A stretch of DNA of 64,000 bases, from NCBI GenBank assembly GCA_951406725.2, contig OX597833.1, positions 29,078,001 through 29,142,000 on the forward strand, read 5' to 3'. Within the stretch, counting starts at the first letter, position 1, and every line of letters starts with the position of its first letter. This DNA comes from Octopus vulgaris (lineage: Eukaryota). The notes beneath the pieces were generated by a model, which was not told where the DNA came from, ran no database searches, and worked only from the letters and a program-made list of their open reading frames with translations. Both the position numbers and the translations under genes were made by a program. Positions 1-17,936 of this stretch are shown in pieces.

Positions 1-511
1 GTGCTTTTGATCAGGTGTCAGAAGACCATGGCACTCACTGAGCAGAAACCATATTCATTCCAAGTTCATTGTGCAGAATATTCACAACTCTCTAAAGGAA
101 TATATGAATAGCACTAGCGCTTTGATTTACCATCAATCTATCATCCACTGGCATGTGGTGAACACAATGTTTTCCTCAGTGGACATCTAGACATTGGGTC
201 ATCTATAAGACTCTCCCTTCCCCTCCTAAATTCAGCTGCCCACTTTTGGACTGTTGATAGAACTGGAGCATCATCCCCTAATGTAGCAACCATATCAGTA
301 TGAATGTCCTTTTTCTCTAGGTACTTGATAACACTACAATACCAAATTTTGTCCATTTCCAAGAGAATTCACTACTAGTTACTTTTTGAAGTCTTCTTTG
401 AACAGTTAGATGCAGTTATTAATAAGAAGAGCTGTAATCAATACATGCAAGATTTCATAGATCTAGCATCACTCCTTCATAGTCAACGTATGAACTTTTC
501 AGCCACCCTCA
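1..511 (-). mobile_element. mariner DNA transposon relic (5' TIR and transposase N-terminus)
   Basis: ORF 141-362 has a mariner HTH-like sequence (VIKYL...STVQKWAAEFRRGRESLIDDP). TIR-like tgagggtggctgaaaagtt ends at a TA near 512. Confidence 0.75.
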
Positions 512-1293
512 TATAACACTCATTTCTAACATTATTTAGACGGCCATTAGTTACAGCCTTTCCAGAACACATTAAATCTCAGTCTCTCCTTTCTTTTGCC
601 AGTCATATAGCTAGCTCTACAGGAAACCTATTTTCATGTGTCATTCACTACTGACACAGCTCAACATTCAACATTCTTTGGACTAGACAAAGTCTCTCTC
701 CTTCCTCTAAAAACCCATCCAAAGTTTATAGACCCACACTCCATCAAATTTGGTATGCTTATGCATTAGAGTCACTTCCTACAATACCCACACATATACA
801 GATAATACCATTCTTCATCTATATCCTTATAAATACCAAAGTTTGTTTGTACATTGACTGCTGGAAACACTAAATAAAATTGATAATATTTCAGATTTTT
901 CATGTCATTTAAATTAATGTGACCATTCTGCAGATAACTGTGCACTTTGGAATGACGAGGGTGGAGTTGGTGGTGTATTGGCTCCTATTTCTAGCAATCC
1001 ACGTACTGTCACTTCACTGTTATGCTTTTTACAGAATGAAAAATGCTCCATCTATCACTCCAACTTCTCTAAGTTTATACATTACATTTATTACTTTGAA
1101 ATTACTGATGGACCTCTGCTTTCTCTCTATCTATATGTCCCATTTTATGTCTCTATCTCTCTCACTATCTTCCTCTCTCTCTCTCTCTCACTACCTCTTT
1201 TTCTCTCTAGAGAAAAGACATCTGAGAGAGAGAAGTGAGGTTACAGAGAAAAAAACCAGACACCAGACCTGCTTTCTATATATCCCTCTCTAT

Positions 1294-1343
<50 letters not shown>

Positions 1344-1749
1344 TGTATATGTGTCTCTCTCTCACTAGAAAAAGTACAGGACAGATAGAAAGGGGATTTA
1401 GGGGGAAAAAAAGTGAGACAGTGTGGGGAAGTGATGGCAGTATAGATTAATAGGTATTAGTGGTTGTGGTGGTAGTATTCTAGATATTTTAGTAACTTTT
1501 ATTGTAAGGAAAATGGCATTATGATAGTTGCCAATGTGTGCCTTATGAATACATTTGAGCATTGCACAGACTGGGCTGAAGGCTGGGAGGCCTGCTAGTT
1601 TCTCTCTAATCTTTAGCACCCTATCAGCATGCAGCCTAGACATCACATGCCAAATCTGCATTAACTCTATAAACAGAATTCTTGCAAACATCCTCCTAAG
1701 AGGTTACATCATTTTTGTGTCTTTCAACAATACAATAACACAGTCACTA

Positions 1750-2345
1750 CACATATAAAAAAAACAAACTATTGCACTCATAACTTCTAACTATGAATAA
1801 CATGCAACTAGAATCTGCAAGGCCACTACGAATTTTAAGCTTTACTGTCACATCCTGGTCAAGGCACATCTTCATATCAAAGACTGCCTCTTTGATAATC
1901 AGAACTAGAAAATATTCGATTCCCAACAACTACTGACATTCTACACAGCTTACATAAGATCCATGATGGGGTTCTGCTCCCAATTTGGTGCTGCTGCTAC
2001 ATTCAAAGACATCCTAGATAGCATCTACAGAAAAGCTACCCTTGACAAAGTTGCTCATGAAAATGCTCTAAATTCTGGTCCACAGACATACCATGTCATC
2101 TCTCTGCCTTTTCTTTTGAAACTACACAGACCTCTACTTCTTGACATTGGCTGGTCTTGTGTTATATTCACGAAGTTCTATCTTTCAAGAATATTGGGCT
2201 CTGGAAATCCTCTCTGCTCATATTTTTCATGCAGTCATCAACTTACAACTGTTCAAAAGGAATGTTAATTATTTCCATCTCACTGATTAGAAGGTCTATC
2301 AAAACCAACATTGGCACAGTCCCTTCTTTCAGACCAATCCAATAA
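1750..2345 (+). mobile_element. highly degraded non-LTR retrotransposon, RT C-terminal fragment
   Basis: TFYTAYIRSMMGFCSQFGAA...LDSIYRKA resembles the post-RT LY..IR..EYC..W....LD.IQR.A motif of CR1/L2/RTEX-like LINEs. Confidence 0.5.
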
Positions 2346-2439
2346 AAAAATAAAATTTTAGATTTCAGTTCAACTTGGACTCTAATCACCACTTCTGTAC
2401 TAACATGCAAATCACATATCCTCTAAGACATTAATATCT

Positions 2440-4470
<2,031 letters not shown>

Positions 4471-4727
4471 CACATCTCTTGGATGGTATTGACACACAGA
4501 CAGCCTGGGCTACATTCAAAAAATCATTCACTAGATTGGCAAAGGTTTACTAGCCAGCAAGCTTCATCTGTTAAGTTACAAATATTGAGTTTATGGTCAT
4601 TAGAGCAGTGAATAGAATATCTTGCAATATTTACTCTGCCTCTTCTGTGCTCAAATCCTACCCATGTCAACTTGCTTTTTATTCTTTCAGGTTCAATAAA
4701 TAAAGTGCCCATCCAGAACTGGGTGGA

Positions 4728-4816
<89 letters not shown>

Positions 4817-5501
4817 CCCTCTCCTCTCTCTCTCTCTCTCTCTCCCCTCTCTCCCCTCTCCTCTCTCTCTCCCCCTCACATATGCACACACAGAAGCCAA
4901 CTGTAACCAGGCTAGAGATGAGTTCTGTCAGTTCAAAAATGTTCAAGTCATTCAGTATATCACAGCTACACCCTTACAACCCCATCAGAAGTGCTGAAAC
5001 CAAGGCAAATATGCTGCATCTTCTCTCTGCTTCTTTTACCACTACTGCAACATCCTCTGCTCCTCTGAAATAACTAGCTGTTACCATTACTGTGTCTCAC
5101 CACATATTCTATATAAAACACCCCAATCCTTTGTTCCCAAAATTCCTTCTGGAAATCCCTTCTTACAAAGATTTTACTTGCAAACATTTGACTCTGACTC
5201 TTCGGTTATTTGACTCTGACTTTGGTTTATGGTACCACTGACTGTAACACTCAACTCCTATTCGTAGTTAGACTAATTGTGCATTGTGACTTTCAGATAT
5301 TGTTTATTGAAGAAGTTACTAACGATTAAGCATGAGACAAACTTATAAAAGTAAGAATGAAGCTGTTTTTATCCAATGGCTGTTAAGTAAACAGATATAA
5401 ATGCAATAAAGTATGAAAGAAACAATTTGGTTTATCAGTTCAAAAATTAAGAGTGCAAATTACAATAAAAGAGATTGAACATCTAAAAATAACTTAACAA
5501 G

Positions 5502-5870
5502 TAGGCATGGTTGTGTGGTAAGAAGTTTGCTTCCCAACCGCATGGTTCCAGGTTCAGTCCTACTGCATGGCACCTTGGGCAAGTGCCTTCTACTATAGCC
5601 TCTGGCCGACCAAAGCCTTGTGAGTAAATTTTGTAGATGGAAACTGAAAGAAGCCTGTTGTGTGTGTGTGCCTGTTTGTCTCTGTCCCACCCTCTTACCA
5701 CCACTTGACAACTGGTATTGGTGTGCTTACATCCCTATAACTTAGCAGTTCGGCAAAAGTGACCAATAGCATAAGTACTAGGCTTTAAAAAAAAAGTACT
5801 GGAATCCATTCAGCTAAAAATTCTTCAAAGCATGACCACAGTCTAATGACTAAAGCAATAAAAGATAAAA
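5502..5870 (+). mobile_element. tRNA-derived SINE, family A (CORE-like ccttgggcaag motif)
   Basis: Pol III-like head (tgtgtggtaag...ggttcagtcc) and a shared body. Further copies at ~6462-6820(+), 10766-11160(-), 16491-16660(+), 18669-18900(+), 46670-46790(-) and 63700-64000(-). Confidence 0.85.
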
Positions 5871-6461
5871 TGACAATTTTGCAAGAAATAAACTTGGTTA
5901 GATACATAACTTCTCTGTTTTAAGATTAAAATATTGTTTGAATATAAAATGAAAGTGAATGGAACATGAAGCAATATTTGGTCAATTCAAGGCAGCAGGC
6001 AGGCAGAATCGTTAACATGCTGGGCAAAAGTGGCATTTTGTATGTCTATGTTCTGAGTTCAAATTCCACCTTTCATCCTTTCAAGGTCAATAAAATAAGT
6101 ACCAGTTGAATACTGGAGGTAATGGAATCAACTTGTCACCTCCCCTCAAACTGCTGGCTTTGTGTTTGAAAGCAATATTTGGTAAATTTATCAGGGCCCA
6201 GAAATTATCTGCCTGTTTTCTTGGGGTTGAGTGGACAGAAAACCAGCTTGTTAGCAACAAAGATAAAAATTGAATGATGACAACGAGGACTGGGTCGGTA
6301 AAATAGGGAGGGTGTGTAGTGAAGAATGGTGGGTATATATGAGATACCCAATCCTCAGCTATGAGGATGGGAATATTCATCCATTCAGTATGGAATAAAA
6401 AGTTATATTGTAAAAGATTGAAAAGTTTATTCTTACAAAATTTATTCAAGAAATAGTGTAT

Positions 6462-6820
6462 GTAGGAGTAGACTTGACTCTGTGGTAAGAAGCTTGCCAC
6501 ATGGTTCCTAGTTCAGTCCCACTGCATAATACCTTGAACAACTGTCTTCTACTATAGCCTCAGGCTAACCAAAGCCTTGTGAGTGAATTTGGTAGACAGA
6601 AACTGAAAAAGGCCCATCATGTTTGTGTGTGTCCTGCCACTGTTTAACAATCAGTGTTGGTTTGTTTATATCCTCCATAACTTAGCAGTCCAGCAAAGGT
6701 GACCAACAGTATCAGTACCAGGCTTAACAAAAGCAAGTACTGGGGTCAATTCGTTCAACTAAAAGGTGGTGCCCTAGCATGGTTGCAATCTAATGACTGA
6801 AACAAGTAAAAGATAAAAAT
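6462..6820 (+). mobile_element. SINE family A copy
   Basis: Colinear with 5502-5870, including the aacaagtaaaagataaaa tail. Confidence 0.82.
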
Positions 6821-7544
6821 GTATAGAATAAGGATCAAATTGTTAAACCAAACTTAAAATTTACTAATATTCTGTTCTTAGAAATAGAATTGCTTCTTTC
6901 TGATCCTCCTTCATAGAAACTCTTAAATCTGATTCAATTGTTTTTAAATTAATATCTGTGAAATCAGAAATTTTAATGCATTCTGTCTTTAATCAGAGTT
7001 GTACAGCTTTACTGATTCCATCTCATTTACTAGATTGGCAAAGGTTTACTAGCCAGCAAGCTTCCTCTGTTAAGTTACAAATACTGAGTTGACGGTCATT
7101 AGAGCTTCTAACTTGAACACATAGACTTCTCCTTAGCTGACTGCTATTACTTGCATGTCAAGCAACCATGTACAACCTCTCTTATTGGCTTGTGTGATAC
7201 AGGTATTCTGTTACTGGTTGCAATAATTGGATTGTTACCATGTTGGGGCACTTCTTGTATACACTAATTGGTTCCTTTCCATTTGGCTGCCAGCATTTAA
7301 AAAATTAAAGTTTATCAAAAATTTGGCACATTAATGTACTTTTCCATGCTGAATTGCTGGAGTTTGTTTCACTTTTTCCCAGAAAACGCTTTTAAAAAGT
7401 TATAGAGGTTTAAAGTTTGATCATTTCCACCCAGTCAGGAAACAGGATTTGGAAGCTGTCGGTTTGTGTGTGACTGCACATTTTGTCATCAGCATCCTGA
7501 AAATAGCACGTGTTGTCAATATTTATATTCTGCATGCAGATAAT

Positions 7545-7875
7545 GAGTAAATAACACATCTTTTGTAGTTTGAAGCATTCAATATGCATTATTAAATGCA
7601 TAGCACAAACTTAAAAGGTTTATCCAAAAACGTTATTTAGCTGTTATTTTTAGCACACTTCAATGGCAAAATAATGGGTAAACAACATGCATTTAATGCA
7701 TTAGTACAAACTTATAAGATTTATTCAAAAACGTTATTCAGCTGTTATTTTTGGCACACCTCAGTGACAAAAAAAAAGTGTAAATAAGACATCTTTTGTA
7801 GTTTTAAGCATTCAATATGCATTTAAAGCATTAGTACGAACTCAAAAGATTTATCTAAAAACAAAATAACACATC
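7545..7875. repeat. degenerate ~120-bp tandem repeat (about 3 units)
   Basis: Recurrent aaataacacatcttttgtagttt.aagcattcaatatgcatt and aaaacgttatt.agctgttatttt blocks. Confidence 0.65.
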
Positions 7876-9473
7876 ACAAATGAAATATTTTTAAAAAACA
7901 AACATTATATATATAGTTTAAAAAGTAGAGCATGTGTATGTGTGTGTGTGTATTCTTTTCCTATAAGAGAGGGAGTGCTCTACAGAACTTGTTTATCTTT
8001 TTTAGACACTATAACATGTACCTCAGTATCAAAGTTTTACTTATCAAAATACTTTGTCTTTAAGGTGCAACTAGACACCATAATGCATCCAGTGTTCCTT
8101 AAGTTAACTCCAGAATTTATTCCCAAGTGTTAGCTCTAATGTAGGAGACTTATTATCAAAGGTGTTCTAATCACTCTGTCTTTTCTTTCAGACAAGGTAT
8201 CTCTGGGAATACATTATCCAATGTATCCTTTCCTTCTTTTAATACAGCTAGATGACATCTGAGAGAGATTTTGGTGCTACTTCTTACCAGTCTAGTGTCT
8301 GCATAGAGGCCTCCCTTGTTCAGATAAGCAGTAGCAGTAGTAAAATGACTTGATGTAAGAGATGGCCTCCTCAAAACAGTTGCTCACCCTTTAGGGTTTC
8401 AGACAGAGTGCAACAAAGAGATTGCTCCATCTTTCCTGCCATCATTTTGGCATGTCTTTAGATGCTGCATCTTACTGCTAGTATTGATATAATTAGATGA
8501 ATTAGCGCTGAAATGAGAGGAAATTCACTGGTTGACTCTGTGTGTGTGTGCACGTGCACACATGTATAACTGTGTCTGTTGGTGTGTATTTTATGTGAGT
8601 GTGATTGAGCCTATTTGTGTGTGTGTATGTGTGTGCATACATGCATAAACAAATGCATATGTACACGTGTATATATACACATACATACGTGCACCTATAA
8701 AACGTGTGTGACGTAATGTATTATGTCTTGAGTATTTGGGGCAATGATGCAAGCTTGTGCATATATGTCTTACTTTTGTGTTCATGTGAAGTGCCTGTTT
8801 GTGTCTGTAAGTTTGTATGTCATTTTATTTGTGTATATGTGTACATATATGTATGTATACCAGTGTTATGTTGGCAAAAGAACAAAACTGCAGGCTGTTA
8901 ATCAATCAAATTTTCACTTATTGAATGTAAAATATCACACAGTTGTTCACACTTTAGTCCCAGCTGGTTTACATCACCATCACTACTACCACCACTATCA
9001 TTACCATCATCATGACTACCTCTATCACCTGCATGACCATCATCATCACTGCCATCAACACTACCATTCTTACTACTAACACCCTTATTCATACTGCTAC
9101 CACCACCACCACCACCATATCTGGCACTTTCATGTCTTCCATTACATCACCACCTGAATAAGTACCATAGTTTATTCCTCCCATTTGTAAATAGATTCCA
9201 TAGTTAGGTACAATTCAATGATGTGCTAATATAGCTTAGTGAAAGGTAATATTCACATATCTAGTTTTATGGAAGTCTACATTGACATATCTTGTAGATG
9301 GTGGTTTCCATGGCAATTGATCAATGAATGTAGTCTGTATGTCTGTGGGGTGCCTAATGTAGAGAGCTAATGTTTTCAATTGTTGTGTAACTCCAGACTG
9401 ACCCTGATCCAACAGACCTATGACCAAAGTTGTTCCAACTGTGACCATTCCATCTTTATTAGGCCATAGTGTA

Positions 9474-9504
<31 letters not shown>

Positions 9505-9529
9505 GTGTATATATATATATATATACGTA

Positions 9530-10763
9530 CAGTGGTTGGACAAAATAATGGAAACACCTTAAAATTTCAAACAAATTTATTTTAATATGGGATAGGACCA
9601 CCTTTGGCAGTAATTACAGCTTGAATTCTACAAGGTATGGACTCGTACTTTGAATTGTTTCCAAAGGAATTTTTGTTCATTCTTTAGCTAAAATAGTCTC
9701 CAGTTCTTGTAGTGATGATGGTGGAGGATATCGACTCCTTACTTGTTTTTCTAAAATGCACCATAAATGTTCAATAATTTTGAGATCTGGGGTCTGTGGT
9801 GGCCAGATAAGATGTTCAACTTCATTAGAATGTTCCTTGTGCCATTCAGTAAACAACTTTAGCTGTGTGAATTGCTGCATTATCATCCTGAAAGATTGTG
9901 TTTCCCTCTGGAAACAGTTCCGCAACCATATGATGAATTTGATCAGATAAAGTGCTTAAATAGTCTTGACTATTAATTCTGCCATGAAGGGAAACCATTG
10001 AGCCAGCTGATTTCCAGATCCTCCTCCATGTTTAAAAGTTGGAAGAAGGCAGTCTGGGTCAAATGCTTCTTTCAGCTGTCTCCACACATATACTCAGCCG
10101 GTGGTCGGAAATAAGGTAAAGGATGACTCGTCTGAGAAAATAACATTCTTCCACTGCTCTAGGGACCAATTCTGTAGGTTTTTTACTCCACTCTAAACGC
10201 TTTGCAATGTTTGTTTTTGAAAGTAGTGGTTTTCTGATTGCAGCCCTCCCGTGAAATCCAGCTTTGTGCAGCTTCCGGCAAACAGTTTTTGTGGAAACTG
10301 GATTCTCGAGGTTGTCCTTAAGCTCTGCAGTAATTTTGGAAGCTGTACTTTTGTGATCCTTTCTAACAATTTGCATAAGTGTCCAATGGTCCTTATCTGA
10401 AAGTTTTGGTTTCCTTCTGTTGTTTTGATGAGGAGGTTTTTTCCCTCTTTCTCAAAGGCTGTCATTACTTTCAAGACAGTACTTCTTGATACACCAAACA
10501 TTTTGGCTGTTTTCGTTACACTAGTGCCTGTCATACAAGCACTAACAATATGACCTCTTTGAAAGTCCGATAGATCTGTCATTTTAATGAATTTTAATTA
10601 TCTTTTTCTGATGATATCTGAAAAGAAACAGTAATTTTAGCAAAGCATATTAAGCAACACTAATAATAAATAAAAAAACATAAAAATAACCAAGCTTTTA
10701 GTAGTTTTATAGATATTTCAAAATTATAATGCTAGGTGTTTCCATTATTTTGTCCAACCCATA
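9530..10763 (-). mobile_element. Tc1-like (DD34E) DNA transposon, defective
   Basis: TIRs cagtggttggacaaaataatggaaacacc / ggtgtttccattattttgtccaacc, flanked by TA. Frameshifted transposase: MTDLSDFQRGHIV...RKPLLS...WPPQTPDLKIIEHLW. Confidence 0.93.
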
Positions 10764-10765
10764 TA

Positions 10766-11160
10766 TACTCTTTTACTCTTTTACTTGTTTCAGTCATTTG
10801 ACTGCGGCCATGCTGGAGCACCGCCTTTAGTCGAGTAAATCGACCCCGGGACTTATTCTTTGTAAGCCCAGTACTTATTCTATCGGTCTGTTTTGCCAAA
10901 CCGCTAAGTGACGGGGACGTAAACACACCAGCATCGGTTGTCAAGCAATGCTAGGGGGACAAACACACACACACATACACATATATACATATATACGACA
11001 GGCTTCTTTCAGTTTCCGTCTACCAAATCCACTCACAAGGCATTGGTCGGCCCGGGGCTATAGCAGAAGACACTTGCCCAAGATGCCACGCATTGGGACT
11101 GAACCCGGAACCATGTGGTTGGTTAGCAAGCTACTTACCACACAGCCACTCCTGCGCCTA
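10766..11160 (-). mobile_element. young SINE family A copy
   Basis: Full length with CpGs intact, bounded by (TA)n on both sides and abutting the Tc1 terminal repeat. Confidence 0.88.
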
Positions 11161-14114
11161 TATATATATATATATATAGGACTTACTATTGAATGTTTCT
11201 TCCTTGTTAATATTGTTTACACCAGTGTTTGTTCTGCTCCAATTGATCTATTATTGAATAGGTCTTTTATTCAGTTTATATAGCACTACATTATGCAATG
11301 TGCCCTTGTGCTTTGAAGACTGTAGTATACGGTTTCAATGAGATTTATTTGCAATTTCTTTCAGGTTGAATGACTGTACTGAGACTCCCTGATAGTTAGC
11401 AGTTGAGTTTTGGTTTGTGATAGAGAGCTTGAAGGCCCAGGCAGGATTGTTATGATACTGACAGTGTTTGATATACTGAAAAATTTCTAACTGGATATAC
11501 ATAGATGTGTCCTCAATGTCACTGAATACTACAAGAGCCAACAAAAGAAAAGAGCTTTTGCATGATCAACTGATCACATAAAAATAACTGCTATATCTCG
11601 TGGAAATCACTCTCTTTCATCTTGAAAGAGGAAGACCAATAAATTAGTAGTGTTATCTTAAAAGGATTTAAACTGTATTTTCAAAAGATTTGATAAATGT
11701 TTATTTTATGAAAATAGCACTTAAAATCCACTATTGCCTCTTTCCTCTACTCATCATCACCATATCACTACTCTTATTGCCACTGAACACCTGCTCTCCA
11801 TCTACCACTCACCAGTATCAACACCACCTCCATCACTGCATTCACTGTACCACAACAAATATACTTGTGCATGATCTTTACTCATGTATTGATCATGAAG
11901 GACAGATGTGTATATATATAAACTAGGGCATGTATGTAATTTGTATACTGGGATACTTGTGTATGTGTGTGTACACATGCTCATAGTATAATGTGTAATT
12001 TTGTTTATGTGGTCTGTCTGTTTAGGAGTGTATGAATGTACATTTGTGTGCTTGGTGTACAGTAATAAATCAATCAGTCAATGATAATCTATACATATAA
12101 ATGCTCATGTTATAGTCTGGTTAGTTTATTGACCAACCAGTTGTTACATTAGTAACCTTGGGCACATAAATAACTATGTTGACCTGGAAAGGATTTGATT
12201 GTGGGACTACTAGTCACCCATTATCTAACTTCTACTGTGAAAGCACTTTTTCATTGTTTTGATTTTTATTACAAAATGCCCTTTATGATCAAATTTATGA
12301 TCAAGGTTGACTTTTGATTCTTGTAAAGTCAATGAAATAAGTACCTGTCATCTGCTGATCATTGATTCAATAGACTATATCTTTTCTCTGTCATAAACAT
12401 GTGGAATTGTGCCCATTTAAACAATTAAATTATGTATTTTTATGTTCTGACTTCAAATCTTGCTAAAGTCAACTTTGCATTTCTTATTATCTCAGGTTTA
12501 ATGTAATGAATTTTAGTCAAATATTAAGAGTGATTTCATCAACTATACCCTTCCCCTTGTGCCTAAGTTATTATTTATATTTGCTATACTGAACAATTTC
12601 TAACTGGATGCACATAGACATATCTTCGATAGAAGAACCAACCAAAGAGCTTTTATATGATCAACTGACCATGTAATAGTAACAGCCACATCTCACTGAA
12701 ATCACACTCTTTCATCTTGAAAGAAGAAGACCAATAAATTAGTAGTGTTATCTTAGGATTTAAACTGTAATTTCAAAAGATTTCTTTTGACTCTTTACAT
12801 TCTGCATTTTATCCATTTAGAGGTCAATAAAATAAAGTAACCAGTCAAGTACTGGGGTTGACGTGATCAACTAGCCCTTCCCTTCCCCCTCAGAATTGCT
12901 GGCCTTGTGACTAGATTAGAAACTAAGGGTGTGGTATGATAGATAGTCTACTGATATTGAATAGATTATTAGTAGATTTTCTTTGTCCCTTTATATTCTG
13001 AGTTAAAAATCACTCCTGGATTGTTTTTTGCCTTTCATTTGCATGGGATAAATAAGTACCAGCCAAGTAGTGAAACACATCCAAATATTTAGGACTTAAA
13101 AAAAGGAAGACAATAATCAGTTTGTTGAAGCTGCTACATTGACTCTTAGAATTCTGTAATTAAACTGCGAGTATCACCAAGCTACAAACTGCACATAACT
13201 GCAGTTCAAACAGTGTTGTTTAGTGTTGAAATCTGGAACTAAGCACTCTTCTGTGCAAGAAACAAAGATTAGCCTCATTTTAGTTAGAACTTCATGTCAA
13301 AAGATTTCCTGTTTGCATTATTCATGTTTATTTCTTGCATTCTTCCTTTAATTTTCAATCATAACAACAGTTAATACTTCAAGTGGTGAATTATGGATAG
13401 GTGATATTATTTATTTATGATTTAGATAGAGAGAGTTTGGACTTGGTGATATCATCACTATATGTAAGTATCTGTGATATTGGGATTTATTGATTTTGAA
13501 CAGGGGTATTAAAAGTAGGTTATCTGCTTACTTTATGAAGTGAGTTTAATTATTGTAATAAGGGTAAATAACACTAATTGTTAGGTCTTAGAAAAACCTT
13601 TGATTGGAAGAGAGGAAGGTTTCTCCCAGAATGCTTTTTCTGGTGGAAGTTTGTGCAATGTTTAAGTTAGAGAGACTAAGTGGAACATAAATTCAAATGT
13701 GTGACAGGAAATCAATGCCCAGGAATTGATCTTATAAATATGTATGAAAACATCTATGTGTATGTAATCAACTTACTTGTATTCAGTCTACCTGGGCAGG
13801 TTAAAATGATTTGACAACAAGTAAATCAACAACACATAAAAATCACATTCACTGTGTATACTAATGATCATTATATTGTATCAGAAAATTTCGTCCAAAT
13901 TCATGCAGTAGTTATATTTTTATGATTTCATACTGGACTAATGACATTTCATCAAAATCTCTAGTTTCTAATTAGAAAGCACAAGATTTTAAGAGTTCAG
14001 TAGGTCATATGACTTGACAGAAACTCCATTGTTTTCTTTTTGATCCCTACCTAACTCAGATTATTAGTGACTTTGAATATTACTGCTTTGTCTCCTGCAT
14101 ACCAGTTATAGTAA

Positions 14115-15527
<1,413 letters not shown>

Positions 15528-16896
15528 TAATTTCCCTCAAATTACATCTTACAGGCTTCAAAAGTAGGGCCACATTAGATGATATAATTCTAGTCATACA
15601 AAAAGACAGACTGAGCACTGTTAGAATGGTTTTGATCATTGCACTGCTTCATCAGCTTTGACTTGCAGCTAAACAATAACATAATAACAATCTTATAGCA
15701 CCGCCCATCAACTTGTGTCATCTCTGTCTGCACGCACGCACACACACACAGAAATATTTTATTTTGAATTTTATATTGCTCTCTGTGAATAGCAGCATCA
15801 ATACTTAGAGATTTTTAACAGTCACTGTTTCACTGCATTTGCAATGGCAATAGTGACAAGGGATTGTTTATGCAATTCAGGCAGAACAAGTATGATGAAG
15901 GATTTTTTTTTATTTAAAAGCACTAGTTTATTGGGTTTTCTCACTGTTGTTATGTACTCCTTTTGCTGATGCACATTACCTAAAGTCATTCACACACACA
16001 CATTGAGTCACAGGCATGGCCCTTAAGCACAGGTATGACTATATGAATATGGAGTTCACTTTATAACCACATGGTTTTGAGTTCTTTCTTAGTGTATGAC
16101 ACCCTAAGCAAGTGTCTTCAACTATAGCCTTCAGTTGACCAGTGCTATGTGAGTGTAACTGTATGAAAACCTAATGTGTTTGGGTGGGCAAATGGTGACC
16201 ATCTACATATTTACTTGTTACTGGCCTGAGTAAAATAGTGGATGATGTTTACTTCCCGAGTTGACAAGATGTCCCATTGCTCTGTGCTTTTGAAGACCAG
16301 TGGAATAACAAGTCCCTTACTTGAAAAACAGCTAAGGTTTGACAACAGGAAGAGTATTCAGTTACAAAATGGTACCTGAAATAAGTTCCTGTTTAGTGTA
16401 CGCTAGCATGAAAAAATTGGCGTAAAACCAAATGAAACACACATGCATGCATGCGCACACGTGTGCACACACATTTATATGGCATTGTTAAGGCACAAGC
16501 ATGGCTGTGTGGTTTAGAAGTTTGCTTCACAACCACATGGTTTTGGGTTCAGCCCAGCTGCATGGTACTTTGGACAAGTGCCTTCTACTATTGCTCTGGA
16601 CCGACAAAAGCCTTGTGAGTGGATTTGGAAGAAAAAACGCAAAGAAGCCTGTCAGTGTGTGTGTTTATCTAAAAATCAACTGCTTTTTTGAAGACATGTG
16701 ATCTCATACTTGAAAAAACAGCAAGAGGAAAGGTATCCAGCTCTAGAATAATGCCACAGTAATATATTTGTGTAACTCATGCTAGCATTGAAAAATGAAT
16801 GTAAAAATAAAATATACGTATGTATATATATTTATATATCTTCATCATCATTTAACATCCCCTTTCCTATGCTGGCATGGGTTTTGTGTGTGTGTG

Positions 16897-16928
<32 letters not shown>

Positions 16929-17715
16929 TTACGGACTTCTGCACAAGTTTTACCTGTGGAATTTTGCTTACAAGGTATTTATTGATCAGTCTGAAATTTT
17001 ATTTGGAGAAACTTGCCCAAAGTTCATGCAATGGGATCAGTTAGTAATCATTGTTGATGGTTAAAAATGTCACACTGCTTGGTATGGAATTAATCATTGT
17101 TGCATCAGTAATTAATTGATAGTTAAACAATATTATTGTTATTGATATTTATTTTTAGTTTTCTGACCTATCATCATTTTTTTATGCACACTTTTTGTGT
17201 TGGCTTGGATTGAATGATTTAACTGGATTTGATGTGTCAGAGGACTTTCTTGCTCCATTGTCTCAGTTTTGGGTTGATTTCTGTGGCTGCTTGCTCTTCT
17301 TCACACCAATCCCTTTACTTAGTGTACTGGATGAATTTTTTCTCACACCAATACTGTAGAAGTTGTTTTGCCCTCGCCACTGACGCGAGAGAAAGGATTA
17401 TTTGTTGAGCTTGCATGTAGACATAAAACAAAAAAAAATTGAAAATTTGAAGGTAAGGAGAGAAACAGGAAGGTTAAAAAAGATTGAGTATTAAAAATAT
17501 TTATCACAAGAACTTCTACATAGGAGGGAAACAAAATTTCAGGTGTTCCCAAATAATAGAAGGAAAATAGAAGACAAGTTGAGAGAGAAATTAACTGCTT
17601 CTAGATAAATTAGAAGGGTGGATAAAGTAAATAATGATACTCTTCAAAAAAAAAATATATCAGCAGCATAGTTGTAAAGAAATGGTAATTGTTTACCAGT
17701 TTTGTGATTCATTGG

Positions 17716-17936
17716 CCCTTTAGCATTCAGAAATACTCTTTCAAATATAATGCTTATTTATTTACATTGTTTTGAATTAATCATGGCTTATCTCATCTCT
17801 TCAAGATTTCAATGATGTGAAGATTTATTTTTAGAATGACATTGTAGGGTGGGTGTGAGAGGCTGAATTTGGCTTGCTTGAACATAAAACTAGCAGAATA
17901 TTTGGACCAGATGTGGCCAGTATAAATACTAATGGG
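17716..17936. mobile_element. MITE with CCCTTTAGCATT-type TIRs (piggyBac-like); second, inverted copy at ~51500-51699
   Basis: Ends ccctttagcatt ... aatactaatggg. The 51500 copy is flanked by TTAA on both sides and shares the internal sequence in reverse complement. Confidence 0.6.

Noticed and set aside
5502-5580. tRNA gene (and other gagttcaaat/ggttcagtcc B-box hits)
   Set aside because: No complete cloverleaf, and the head is always followed by the same SINE body.
5956-5963. CIC binding octamers T(G/C)AATG(A/G)A as autoregulatory sites (also 21879-21886, 63130-63137)
   Set aside because: Scattered 8-mers are expected by chance in 64 kb of AT-rich DNA. They are not clustered and some lie in repeats.
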